Source of the DNA: a virus
Taxonomy: Duplodnaviria; Caudoviricetes
Length of the DNA: 54,757 nucleotides
Strand: one strand, 5' to 3'
IMG/VR virus record: IMGVR_UViG_3300032270_000402
Span: 1-54,757 of that record
The position numbers were made by a program, and so were the translations under genes. Shown here piece by piece: positions 9,109 to 16,455 of this stretch. The notes under the pieces are model-generated. The model was not told the DNA's origin, searched no databases, and was given only the letters and a program-made list of their open reading frames with translations. Positions within the stretch are counted from its first letter, which is position 1, and the number at the start of each line of letters is the position of its first letter.

Positions 9109-9249
9109 ATGGCTGACAAACCAAGCACTGGCACTGTTCCGATGAACAGCGCCGCCGTTCGCCAAAAGCACCGTATGGCTGCTGGCTTGCCTGTTGATGG
9201 CAAGACACTACCTGCCGCGCCAAACAACGGCCCTAAAACACCCGCATGA
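9109..9249 (+). CDS. Small hypothetical protein (46 aa)
   Basis: MADKPSTGTVPMNSAAVRQKHRMAAGLPVDGK...; fills the gap and overlaps the next ATG (ATGA). Confidence 0.6.
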   Translation: MADKPSTGTVPMNSAAVRQKHRMAAGLPVDGKTLPAAPNNGPKTPA

Positions 9250-9443
9250 ATTTAGAGACCGCGTTACTCAATAAGCTGAAAAGCTTGCAGGCGCAGTACG
9301 CGGTCGATGCGTTGCGCTCACCCAGTGATAAGTCAGAATTTGACTTTGGTTATAGGGTGGGCTACTTCGCGGGAATGGAAAGAGCGATTGAATGTCTTCT
9401 ATCAGTTGTAGAAGACGAAAAGTACAGCGACCCTGACTTGTAA
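9246..9443 (+). CDS. Hypothetical head-module protein (65 aa)
   Basis: Coupled ORF between portal and GroES. Confidence 0.7.
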   Translation: MNLETALLNKLKSLQAQYAVDALRSPSDKSEFDFGYRVGYFAGMERAIECLLSVVEDEKYSDPDL

Positions 9444-9463
9444 TCGGACGAATACGTCCGGTT
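9442..9463 (+). terminator. Hairpin, possible weak terminator
   Basis: AATCGGACG-AATA-CGTCCGGTT. Confidence 0.4.
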
Positions 9464-9482
9464 GTGTTGATTCATTAACCAC

Positions 9483-9498
9483 CTGCTGAAAGGAGCAG
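9483..9498 (+). promoter_or_regulatory. RBS hairpin (copy 1)
   Basis: CTGCT-GAAAGG-AGCAG; the 14-nt core is repeated at 10899-10912. Confidence 0.5.
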
Positions 9499-9500
9499 AT

Positions 9501-9899
9501 ATGAAAAACCCCGCGCTTGAAGAAGCGTTTCCCGTGTGCGACCCCGGTGTTCATCCGCTTGGCTCGCGAATCCTAGTCCAAATCAGAACGCCTGAGACCA
9601 AATCAAAAGGCGGCATCATCCTCACCGAAAGCGATAAAGACACGCAGATGTGGAACACCACAGTTGCCAAGGTTATTGCGACCGGCCCACTTGCCTTTCA
9701 CAACCGCGACACATTGAAGCGTTGGCCAGAAGGCGACTGGTGCAAGCAGGGTGATTATGTTCGAGTCCCCAAGTACGGCGGTGACCGATGGGTCACGACC
9801 AACAGCAAGGGCGAGAAGGCTTACTACATCCTGATCAATGATCTGGACGTACTGGCACTTGTGACAACCGATCCGCTTGAACTAAAAGCGTTTTTCTAA
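9501..9899 (+). CDS. groES: GroES/Cpn10-like co-chaperonin
   Basis: HPLGSRILV...KSKGGIILT...AKVIATGP...GDYV..PKYGG...ILINDLDVLA. Confidence 0.85.
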   Translation: MKNPALEEAFPVCDPGVHPLGSRILVQIRTPETKSKGGIILTESDKDTQMWNTTVAKVIATGPLAFHNRDTLKRWPEGDWCKQGDYVRVPKYGGDRWVTTNSKGEKAYYILINDLDVLALVTTDPLELKAFF

Positions 9900-9911
9900 C
9901 CGAGGTGTATC

Positions 9912-10847
9912 ATGGCAAGAGATGAATTACTGACAGAGTCAGATGAGAATGAGAATCACAATGAGAATGATTCTCAAGAAGAATTGGTCATTGTCGAGGA
10001 CAAACCCGATGATGAAGATGATGAGGTTGTCTCTAGGCAGTCTGCCGATGACGATCAAGACAATAATGACGACGAACGTGCCGCGATTCGTGAGCGACGC
10101 CGTAAGGAAAAGCTTGAACGTAAAGAGCGCAAAGAGAAGGCCATCACCCGCGATAAGCTAGAGCTGGACTTTCTACGTAAGCGCAATGATGACCTTGAGC
10201 GTCGCGTATCTGTTCAAGAGACACGCGCCTATCAAAGCGACCTCAGCAACATTGATGCTCACTATGCGCAGGCAAACAAAGAAGTGCAGATGGCCGAGCG
10301 CGTGATTGCACAGGCAGTCGCAGCCGGTAATGGTGACGATGTCGCTCAGGCATTGCGCTATCGTGACGAGGCCATGGCCAAGGCGCATCAATTAGCTCAA
10401 TACAAGCAACAAGCCTCACAACAGCCTGCGCAACAGTCTGCTGTGGATGACATGATGATGGTGCATGCTAAGGAATTCTTAGCAGACAACCCATGGTATG
10501 ACATCAATGGCGGCGACGAAGACTCGGCAATTGTGATGGCAATTGACCGCACCATTGCAAAAGAAGGCCTCGACCCTCGATCTGAAGAGTACTGGGATGA
10601 GCTACGTGATCGCGTCGCCAAGCGCCTGCCGGGTAAGTTCGGCAAGCAGTCGGCACCTGCGCGCACTCCGCGCGGCGGCCCTGCTGTCGGATCGGGCAAG
10701 GAGCATGCGCCTACGTCCACTCGCAAGGAGATCTATATCTCCCCAGAGCGTAAGCAAGCCCTTGTAGATGCTGGTGTTTGGGACGATCCAGTGCTTCGCA
10801 TGAAGTACGTCAAGCGGTACGCCGCTTACGATCGCGACAAACGGTAA
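9912..10847 (+). CDS. Putative capsid scaffolding protein
   Basis: Acidic N-terminus, long charged coiled coil, NPWY motif; upstream of the capsid genes. Confidence 0.6.
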   Translation: MARDELLTESDENENHNENDSQEELVIVEDKPDDEDDEVVSRQSADDDQDNNDDERAAIRERRRKEKLERKERKEKAITRDKLELDFLRKRNDDLERRVSVQETRAYQSDLSNIDAHYAQANKEVQMAERVIAQAVAAGNGDDVAQALRYRDEAMAKAHQLAQYKQQASQQPAQQSAVDDMMMVHAKEFLADNPWYDINGGDEDSAIVMAIDRTIAKEGLDPRSEEYWDELRDRVAKRLPGKFGKQSAPARTPRGGPAVGSGKEHAPTSTRKEIYISPERKQALVDAGVWDDPVLRMKYVKRYAAYDRDKR

Positions 10848-10858
10848 ATGCGAATCAT

Positions 10859-10888
10859 TTGCATTACCACTCTCATTTGTGTTATAAC
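10859..10888 (+). promoter_or_regulatory. Sigma70 promoter for capsid genes
   Basis: TTGCAT-N18-TATAAC with TGTG just upstream of the -10. Confidence 0.6.
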
Positions 10889-10896
10889 TTGTAGCA

Positions 10897-10914
10897 ATTG
10901 CTGAAAGGAGCAAT
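10897..10914 (+). promoter_or_regulatory. RBS hairpin (copy 2)
   Basis: ATTGCT-GAAAGG-AGCAAT. Confidence 0.5.
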
Positions 10915-10917
10915 ATT

Positions 10918-11448
10918 ATGTCAGACGAACGCTTAAAGAAATCCGCTGGCGAAGGCCGCGACAGTCGTGTGATGAAAGATCGCGCAGTGACTGAAAATCG
11001 TGCCCTTAGCGATGAAGATCGGGTTGCAATGTTCCGTCAACAGTTTTTTCAGTCCAGTTTACCGGACTTGCCTAAGATCCCCGGCTGGCACATGTGCTGG
11101 CTAACCACGACTAACCCTCGTGATTCCATCCAGACGAGAATTCGTCTGGGCTACGAGCCTGTAAAGCCGGAAGATGTCCCCGGCTGGGAATACGCCACAC
11201 TCAAGACGGGTGACTGGGCAGGCTTCATTGGGGTGAACGAGATGCTTGCGTTTAAGTTGCCGATCTCATTGTACGAAATGTACATGAAGGAAGCACATCA
11301 CGATGCGCCGCTGCGCGAGGAAGAGAAGCTGACCGATACGGCTGAATTCCTTGAGGAGCAGGCAAAGGCATCTAAATCGCGGCTGACAATGGGTGATGGG
11401 CACGCCGAAATTGGACAGCAACGGAAAGCTCAGTTTGATCTTTCCTGA
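10918..11448 (+). CDS. Hypothetical head-module protein
   Basis: AGGAG RBS; LPDLPKIPGWHMCWL...GYEPV motif; lies between scaffold and capsid genes. Confidence 0.75.
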   Translation: MSDERLKKSAGEGRDSRVMKDRAVTENRALSDEDRVAMFRQQFFQSSLPDLPKIPGWHMCWLTTTNPRDSIQTRIRLGYEPVKPEDVPGWEYATLKTGDWAGFIGVNEMLAFKLPISLYEMYMKEAHHDAPLREEEKLTDTAEFLEEQAKASKSRLTMGDGHAEIGQQRKAQFDLS

Positions 11449-11476
11449 TTTAACCCATTAACCATTAGGAGCTACT

Positions 11477-12088
11477 ATGGCCTCTGTTAGCGCACCTTTT
11501 GGCTTTCGTCCTTCTTTCCACAACAGTGGACAGATTCGGCCGAAGGCCTATGTGATCGCTTCGGGATACGCCACAAGCGTATTCTCTGGCGACCCCGTGA
11601 AACTCACCGTCAACGGCGTTGTGCAACTTGGCACTAGCGATGGCACCCGTTCGGGTACTGCTGCTGGCGTTCAATTGCTTGGCGTGTTCCAAGGCGTTGA
11701 GTACCGTGATTCAACCGGCAAACCAACCATTTCCCCATTCTGGACTGGCAGCACGTCTGTCTATAACAGCGATGGTGCAACGGCTTGGGTGTTGGACGAT
11801 CCTGAAGCAATCTATGATGTTCAGTACACAAATCCGGGCACTGTCGGTACCACCAGCATGCAAGTTGCTGTTGGCCAGCAATGTGACTGGGTTGTTGCAA
11901 GTCCCGGCGGCTCTACGGCCACTGGTATTTCCAGCACTCAACTGAGCGCCATTCAATCCGGTACTGGCCAGTTCCAGATCACTGGGTTCCAAGGCAACAT
12001 CAACGATTCCCTGACAGATGCTTACGCTATTGTGACCGTTCGCTTGAACGAAGCTCAATACAAGTACCCTGTTGCGGCTCCAGTCTAA
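11477..12088 (+). CDS. Putative head decoration/minor capsid protein
   Basis: APFGFRP N-terminus, FSGDPV, GVFQGVEY, DDPEAIY; beta-rich; immediately upstream of the MCP. Confidence 0.6.
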   Translation: MASVSAPFGFRPSFHNSGQIRPKAYVIASGYATSVFSGDPVKLTVNGVVQLGTSDGTRSGTAAGVQLLGVFQGVEYRDSTGKPTISPFWTGSTSVYNSDGATAWVLDDPEAIYDVQYTNPGTVGTTSMQVAVGQQCDWVVASPGGSTATGISSTQLSAIQSGTGQFQITGFQGNINDSLTDAYAIVTVRLNEAQYKYPVAAPV

Positions 12089-12107
12089 CTAGAGGAGGCT
12101 AACTTAA

Positions 12108-13022
12108 ATGGCTACCCCAATGCGTAGTACTGACTTTCGGTCAGTAGTTGAGCCCATCCTGAACGAAGTGTTCGATGGCGTTTATGATCAGCGTGCTGAT
12201 GAATGGAAGATGGTCTTCAAAGAACAGAAGGGCATCCCACGTAATTACCACGAAGAGCCTGTGCTGTACGGGTTCGGTGCTGCCCCTGAGCTACCGGACG
12301 GCATGGCAGTAAGCTACCAGTCTGGTGGCGTGCTGTTCCTGCAACGCTACCTCTACAAGGTCTATGGCTTGGCATTTGCCTTGACCAAAGTACTTGTGGA
12401 AGACGGCGACCATATCCGCATCGGCCAGACCTATGCCAAGCACTTGGCACAGTCTCTGATCGAAACGAAAGAAACTCTGTCAGCTAACGTCCTGAACCGT
12501 GCCTTCAACGGCGCGTATCTTGGCGGTGACGGCGTTTCCTTGATCGCAACCAACCACCCGATCGTTAGCGGCACGTTCAGCAATCAGCTGACCACTGCAG
12601 CTAACCTGTCCCAGACTTCTCTGGAGCAGATGCTGGTTCAAATCCGCAACGCTGTTGACAACAACGGTAAGCGTATCCGCTTGAACCCAATGCAGATCGT
12701 TGCTGGCCCATCAAACGTGTTCCAAGCCGAAGTTCTGTTAAAGAGCGTTCTGCGTACGGGCACTGCTGATAACGACATCAACCCAATCAAATCGATGGGT
12801 CTGTTGGCGAAGGGTCAGGCCAATCTGAGCCGTATCACGAGCACCACCGCATGGTGGGTGCAGACGGATGCGCCAGAAGGCTTGAAGTTGCTCATGCGTC
12901 GTGGCCTCGAAAAGTCAATGGAAGGCGACTTCGAGACTGACAGCATGCGCTACAAAGCGACCGAGCGTTACACTGTTGGCTGGACTGACCCACGGGGTCT
13001 TTTTGGAACGGCAGGGGTTTGA
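12108..13022 (+). CDS. Major capsid protein (Mu gpT-like HK97 fold)
   Basis: EPILNEVF, GFGAAPE, YGLAFALT, GGDGVSL...HP, GDFETDSMRYKATERY..GWTDPRG; strongly biased codons. Confidence 0.9.
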   Translation: MATPMRSTDFRSVVEPILNEVFDGVYDQRADEWKMVFKEQKGIPRNYHEEPVLYGFGAAPELPDGMAVSYQSGGVLFLQRYLYKVYGLAFALTKVLVEDGDHIRIGQTYAKHLAQSLIETKETLSANVLNRAFNGAYLGGDGVSLIATNHPIVSGTFSNQLTTAANLSQTSLEQMLVQIRNAVDNNGKRIRLNPMQIVAGPSNVFQAEVLLKSVLRTGTADNDINPIKSMGLLAKGQANLSRITSTTAWWVQTDAPEGLKLLMRRGLEKSMEGDFETDSMRYKATERYTVGWTDPRGLFGTAGV

Positions 13023-13037
13023 CCGACCCGCGTTTGA

Positions 13038-13066
13038 TTGACAGGATGCGTCCAAGTAGGTATATT
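13038..13066 (+). promoter_or_regulatory. Near-consensus sigma70 promoter of the endonuclease cassette
   Basis: TTGACA-N17-TATATT. Confidence 0.7.
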
Positions 13067-13096
13067 GAGGAGACTTAATATGCCTATGAGGATCTC

Positions 13097-13750
13097 ATGC
13101 CAATCAAATGTTATGTTGTAAATTGCACGGCCCCTGTAATTGCGCAGGGGCTGTGTTCTACTCACTACAAGCGCAAGCAGCGCCATAATTCAACAGAACA
13201 AACCCGCCCAGCAGACTGGGGGCAACGGGAAAAGCATCCTGCATATAAAACATGGTGCGGGCTAATTAGATACCATAAAAATAATATGGATCCTCGTTGG
13301 CAAGAGGATTTTTGGGCATTTGCATCCGATATTCCTGAAAAAATAAATCGCGCACGAGGTTTTAGGATTAATGCTTTACTTCCGTGGAATAAAGATAATT
13401 TTTATTGGAAAGAAACAAGGGTATCAACAGAAGGGGCAAAGCAATATCAACGCAATTTAAGAAAAGCAAATCCAAAATACGGGAAAAACACTTTCTTAAA
13501 AAAACACTACGGCGTAGATCTTGACTGGTTTAACGCAAAATTTGCCGAACAGGGTGGTGTTTGTGCGATCTGTAAGAAGCCAGAGACGGCCGTAATACGA
13601 GGGGTTGCGATCTCACTATCGGTAGATCATTGTCATACCACTGGGAAGGCGCGCGGGTTACTGTGTAGGTCTTGCAACAATGCTCTTGGCATGTTATATC
13701 ACGATCGTGCTATACTTGCTGCCGCGATACTCTATTTGGAGCAATCGTAA
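13097..13750 (+). CDS. EndoVII-family (HNH-like) free-standing homing endonuclease
   Basis: QGGVCAIC...LSVDHCHTTGKARGLLCRSCNNALG; N-terminal C..C..GLCSTHY zinc motif; AT-rich relative to its flanks. Confidence 0.85.
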   Translation: MPIKCYVVNCTAPVIAQGLCSTHYKRKQRHNSTEQTRPADWGQREKHPAYKTWCGLIRYHKNNMDPRWQEDFWAFASDIPEKINRARGFRINALLPWNKDNFYWKETRVSTEGAKQYQRNLRKANPKYGKNTFLKKHYGVDLDWFNAKFAEQGGVCAICKKPETAVIRGVAISLSVDHCHTTGKARGLLCRSCNNALGMLYHDRAILAAAILYLEQS

Positions 13751-13755
13751 TAATT

Positions 13756-13830
13756 TTCTGGGTTTTTTTGGTGTGCCTGACAGTCCCAGCTGACGCTATG
13801 CAGACAGTCACGCCTTTAATCGCATAGGAG
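13756..13830 (+). ncRNA. Candidate Mu-gpT-DE RNA motif (double pseudoknot)
   Basis: CTGGG/CCCAG (13758-62/13785-89), GGTGTG.CTG/CAG.CACGCC (13770-79/13805-14) and CTATGC/GCATAG (13796-801/13822-27); downstream of a Mu gpT-like capsid gene. Confidence 0.6.
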
Positions 13831-13836
13831 ATTTTC

Positions 13837-14184
13837 ATGGCCTCTACTACTTTTACCGGCCCCGTTACCTCATTGAATGGTTTCGTTGGCCAAATGTTCA
13901 TGGACAACCAAGCCTTATCTGGCGCTGGCGCTGTCAACCTGACCGATGCATTAACCTCATTGACCACGACTGGTGCCTCACAGGCTCTGACGTTGGCTGA
14001 TGGTACGGTTGGTCAGTGTAAGAGCATTGTGCACGTTGTCGATGGCGGCAGCGCGATCCTTACCCCAACCACCAAGATTGGCTTCAGCACGATCACTTTC
14101 ACCAATGTTGGCGACTCTGTATCTCTTGTCTACACCTCTGTTGGTTGGGCAGTTGTTGGCTCTAAGGGCGTAACGATTGCTTAA
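13837..14184 (+). CDS. Virion structural protein (cement/head-fibre-like)
   Basis: MASTTFTGPV N-terminus, T/G/S-rich, AGGAG RBS, followed by a terminator. Confidence 0.65.
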   Translation: MASTTFTGPVTSLNGFVGQMFMDNQALSGAGAVNLTDALTSLTTTGASQALTLADGTVGQCKSIVHVVDGGSAILTPTTKIGFSTITFTNVGDSVSLVYTSVGWAVVGSKGVTIA

Positions 14185-14190
14185 TTTTAG

Positions 14191-14213
14191 TGAGGGCTTC
14201 GGCCCTCATTTTT
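14191..14213 (+). terminator. Rho-independent terminator
   Basis: TGAGGGC-TTCG-GCCCTCA-TTTTT. Confidence 0.9.
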
Positions 14214-14226
14214 ACGGGAGATAGAG

Positions 14227-14628
14227 ATGGCAATTGCTACACAGACACTTCTTGATGGTGAACGCTTAGCGATCCTGAAGTTCACGAATGACAGCGGCAC
14301 TTCTGAAACAGCGGCGCTGAAGGTTGATGTATCGACACTGGCACGCAGCGCGGCAGGCTTTGCCTGTAATGGCGTCGTGATCAATAAAATTTGGTCTGTT
14401 TCTCATGGGATGGAAGTACAAATTTTATGGGACGCGACCACTGACGTCTTTGCGTGGGGCATTCCTCAGAACAGCAACTACCTGATGGACTTTTCTAGCT
14501 TCGGCGGTTTGCCCAACAATGCAAACAGCGGCAAGACAGGAAATGTTTTATTCACTACCTTGGACGCAAGTCCCGGCGATTTTTACGCCATCACGATTGA
14601 GTTCATCAAGACCTACGCGACAGTATAA
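14227..14628 (+). CDS. Hypothetical virion protein
   Basis: GGAG RBS; beta-rich; in the structural module. Confidence 0.7.
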   Translation: MAIATQTLLDGERLAILKFTNDSGTSETAALKVDVSTLARSAAGFACNGVVINKIWSVSHGMEVQILWDATTDVFAWGIPQNSNYLMDFSSFGGLPNNANSGKTGNVLFTTLDASPGDFYAITIEFIKTYATV

Positions 14629-14637
14629 GGAACAGTC

Positions 14638-15078
14638 ATGAAAGGCCCTAAATACGTCAAAGACTTTGACTTTAACGAAAAACCCTGCAACTACAGCTAC
14701 GGCGGCGATGTAAAGATGGCCAGCGGTGGCTATTACGCAAAGGGCGGAAAAGTCTCCAAGATGGTCAAAAAAGAAAGTGTCGCCACGCCGACAATGCGCA
14801 AAGAAGAATCAGTGCGCAGAGTCTCTGTGAAGGCGCCTGCTCGTAAGAGCGTTCCAGTGGCACCATCGCAGCCTATCCTATCTCGTCTCGCAGCAGCGGC
14901 AGCGCCAGAGGCTCCTATGGGACTAAAGAAAGGTGGCATGGCTAAGGTTGGCAAGGTGATGGGCGAGTTTAAGGCAGGCGAGCTGCACTCTGGCAGCAAG
15001 AAAGGGCCTGCAGTGACCAGTCGCAAACAGGCCGTGGCGATTGCGCTCTCTGAGGCGCGTAAGGGCAAGAAGGGCTAA
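14638..15078 (+). CDS. Basic protein with AxGG repeats and a C-terminal DUF6496-like domain
   Basis: YSYGG, MASGG, YAKGG, LKKGG; KVGKVMGEFKAGELHSGSKKGPAVTSRKQAVAIALSEARK. Confidence 0.7.
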   Translation: MKGPKYVKDFDFNEKPCNYSYGGDVKMASGGYYAKGGKVSKMVKKESVATPTMRKEESVRRVSVKAPARKSVPVAPSQPILSRLAAAAAPEAPMGLKKGGMAKVGKVMGEFKAGELHSGSKKGPAVTSRKQAVAIALSEARKGKKG

Positions 15079-15108
15079 CTTGCCCTTCTTTTAGCATTAG
15101 AATATACT
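15061..15108 (+). promoter_or_regulatory. Overlapping terminator hairpin and sigma70 promoter
   Basis: AAGGGCAAG/CTTGCCCTT stem followed by CTTTT; TTGCCC-N17-TATACT (15080-15108). Confidence 0.5.
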
Positions 15109-15160
15109 TGGGCAAGAGGGCGCTGTACCAGCGGCTATTCTGACTCAATCGTGAGGTAGT

Positions 15161-16144
15161 ATGGCTTTTTCTGGCAATATCAGCGGCACCACATTCAATG
15201 CGCTGAAGGTCGTTGATCACGCCTTCCGTCGCTGCCGCATGGCTGCCCAACAGATCACGTCCGAGATGCAGACCTATGCGCTCGAATCGTTATATCTCAT
15301 GCTCTCCGAGATGGCCAACATCAAGACACCAAGCTGGTGTATTGAGCGCGTCATTCTTCCCCTGTACCAGAATCAGCCAATTGTCCCGCTGCCCGTGGGG
15401 ACGGTTGATGTGCTGAACCTGAACTATCTTGTGCTTCAGCAGCTGGATGGCATTGAGACCACGGTCACCTCAACATCATACAAGGTTGAGTTTGACGATA
15501 CGACTGTTGTGAACACTGTTGGGATCAAGTGGGCGGATGATGCTGTGTCCGTGACCTTTGAGGTCAGTAATGATGACTTGACATGGCACACGGTGGGCGG
15601 TAGCTCTGCCGTCGCGGCCGCTGGCGAGATCACATGGACAGACATTAACGCGGCCTTGGCGTACAGCTATTTCCGCATCACCAGCACCGAGCCATTTTTA
15701 TATTCTGTGGTGACGCTGGGCAACATGCCGCAAGAGATTCCTCTTGGCACATTGAACCGCGACACGTACGTGCAGCAGTCAAACAAAGTCTTCCCAAGTC
15801 GCCCAAACAGCTACTGGTTCCAGCGCGACATCCCAATTCCTGTGCTGCACATCTGGCCTGCGCCCTTCCCTGCCGCTGAGCAGGCGCAGTTGATCTTATG
15901 GCGCCATCGTCAAATAATGGATACGGAAAATTTACAGCAGGAAGTTGAGATTCCGCAGAGATGGATTGAGGCCATCGTCAATGGTTTGGCCGCTCGTATG
16001 GCAGCAGAGACTCCACAGGTTGACGCTAATTTGATACCTGTCTTAGAGCAGCGAGCCGCAATGTCCATGCAACGCGCATGGGATGGGGATAATGACGGCT
16101 CTCCGACGTACATTAACCCCGGCATTGGGTGCTATACAAAATGA
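15161..16144 (+). CDS. Head-tail adaptor-like protein with inserted discoidin-like domain
   Basis: Helical N-terminus (AFRRC...A.ESL.LML.E.AN), central FEVSNDDLTW...YSYFRI insert, C-terminal LHIWPAP...EIPQRWIEAIV.GLA. Confidence 0.6.
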   Translation: MAFSGNISGTTFNALKVVDHAFRRCRMAAQQITSEMQTYALESLYLMLSEMANIKTPSWCIERVILPLYQNQPIVPLPVGTVDVLNLNYLVLQQLDGIETTVTSTSYKVEFDDTTVVNTVGIKWADDAVSVTFEVSNDDLTWHTVGGSSAVAAAGEITWTDINAALAYSYFRITSTEPFLYSVVTLGNMPQEIPLGTLNRDTYVQQSNKVFPSRPNSYWFQRDIPIPVLHIWPAPFPAAEQAQLILWRHRQIMDTENLQQEVEIPQRWIEAIVNGLAARMAAETPQVDANLIPVLEQRAAMSMQRAWDGDNDGSPTYINPGIGCYTK

Positions 16145-16452
16145 GCGGCCGCTTTCTTGACCCAACTGGCCAGCCTACATTTGGCATTGGCATTTGTGCA
16201 AGATGCTCTCGCAAGATGCCACTGGCATCATTGCACTCAGATCCGAATTACCCAAACCTTATGGTCTGTGATGAAGACACCGACCAGTATGATCCTTATC
16301 GCTTGGCGCCACGCCGCCCTGATCAAATTGTGCTACCATTTACACGTCCTGATGTTCCGCTTACCACCAATCCTAGCGGCCTGATTCCACAAGACGGGAC
16401 GCAATTTGTGATCTCGGAAGATGGGCAACGCTTCATATTCTTGATTGATTAA
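16141..16452 (+). CDS. Neck-associated protein with CxxC...C motif
   Basis: ATGA overlap; GICARCS...LMVCDED.D..DP...RPD. Confidence 0.7.
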   Translation: MSGRFLDPTGQPTFGIGICARCSRKMPLASLHSDPNYPNLMVCDEDTDQYDPYRLAPRRPDQIVLPFTRPDVPLTTNPSGLIPQDGTQFVISEDGQRFIFLID

Positions 16453-16455
16453 AAT

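Noticed and set aside
13005-13080. Programmed frameshift extending the capsid protein at GGG GTT TGA
   Set aside because: Not a proper slippery heptamer in frame, and both alternative frames stop within about 20 codons.
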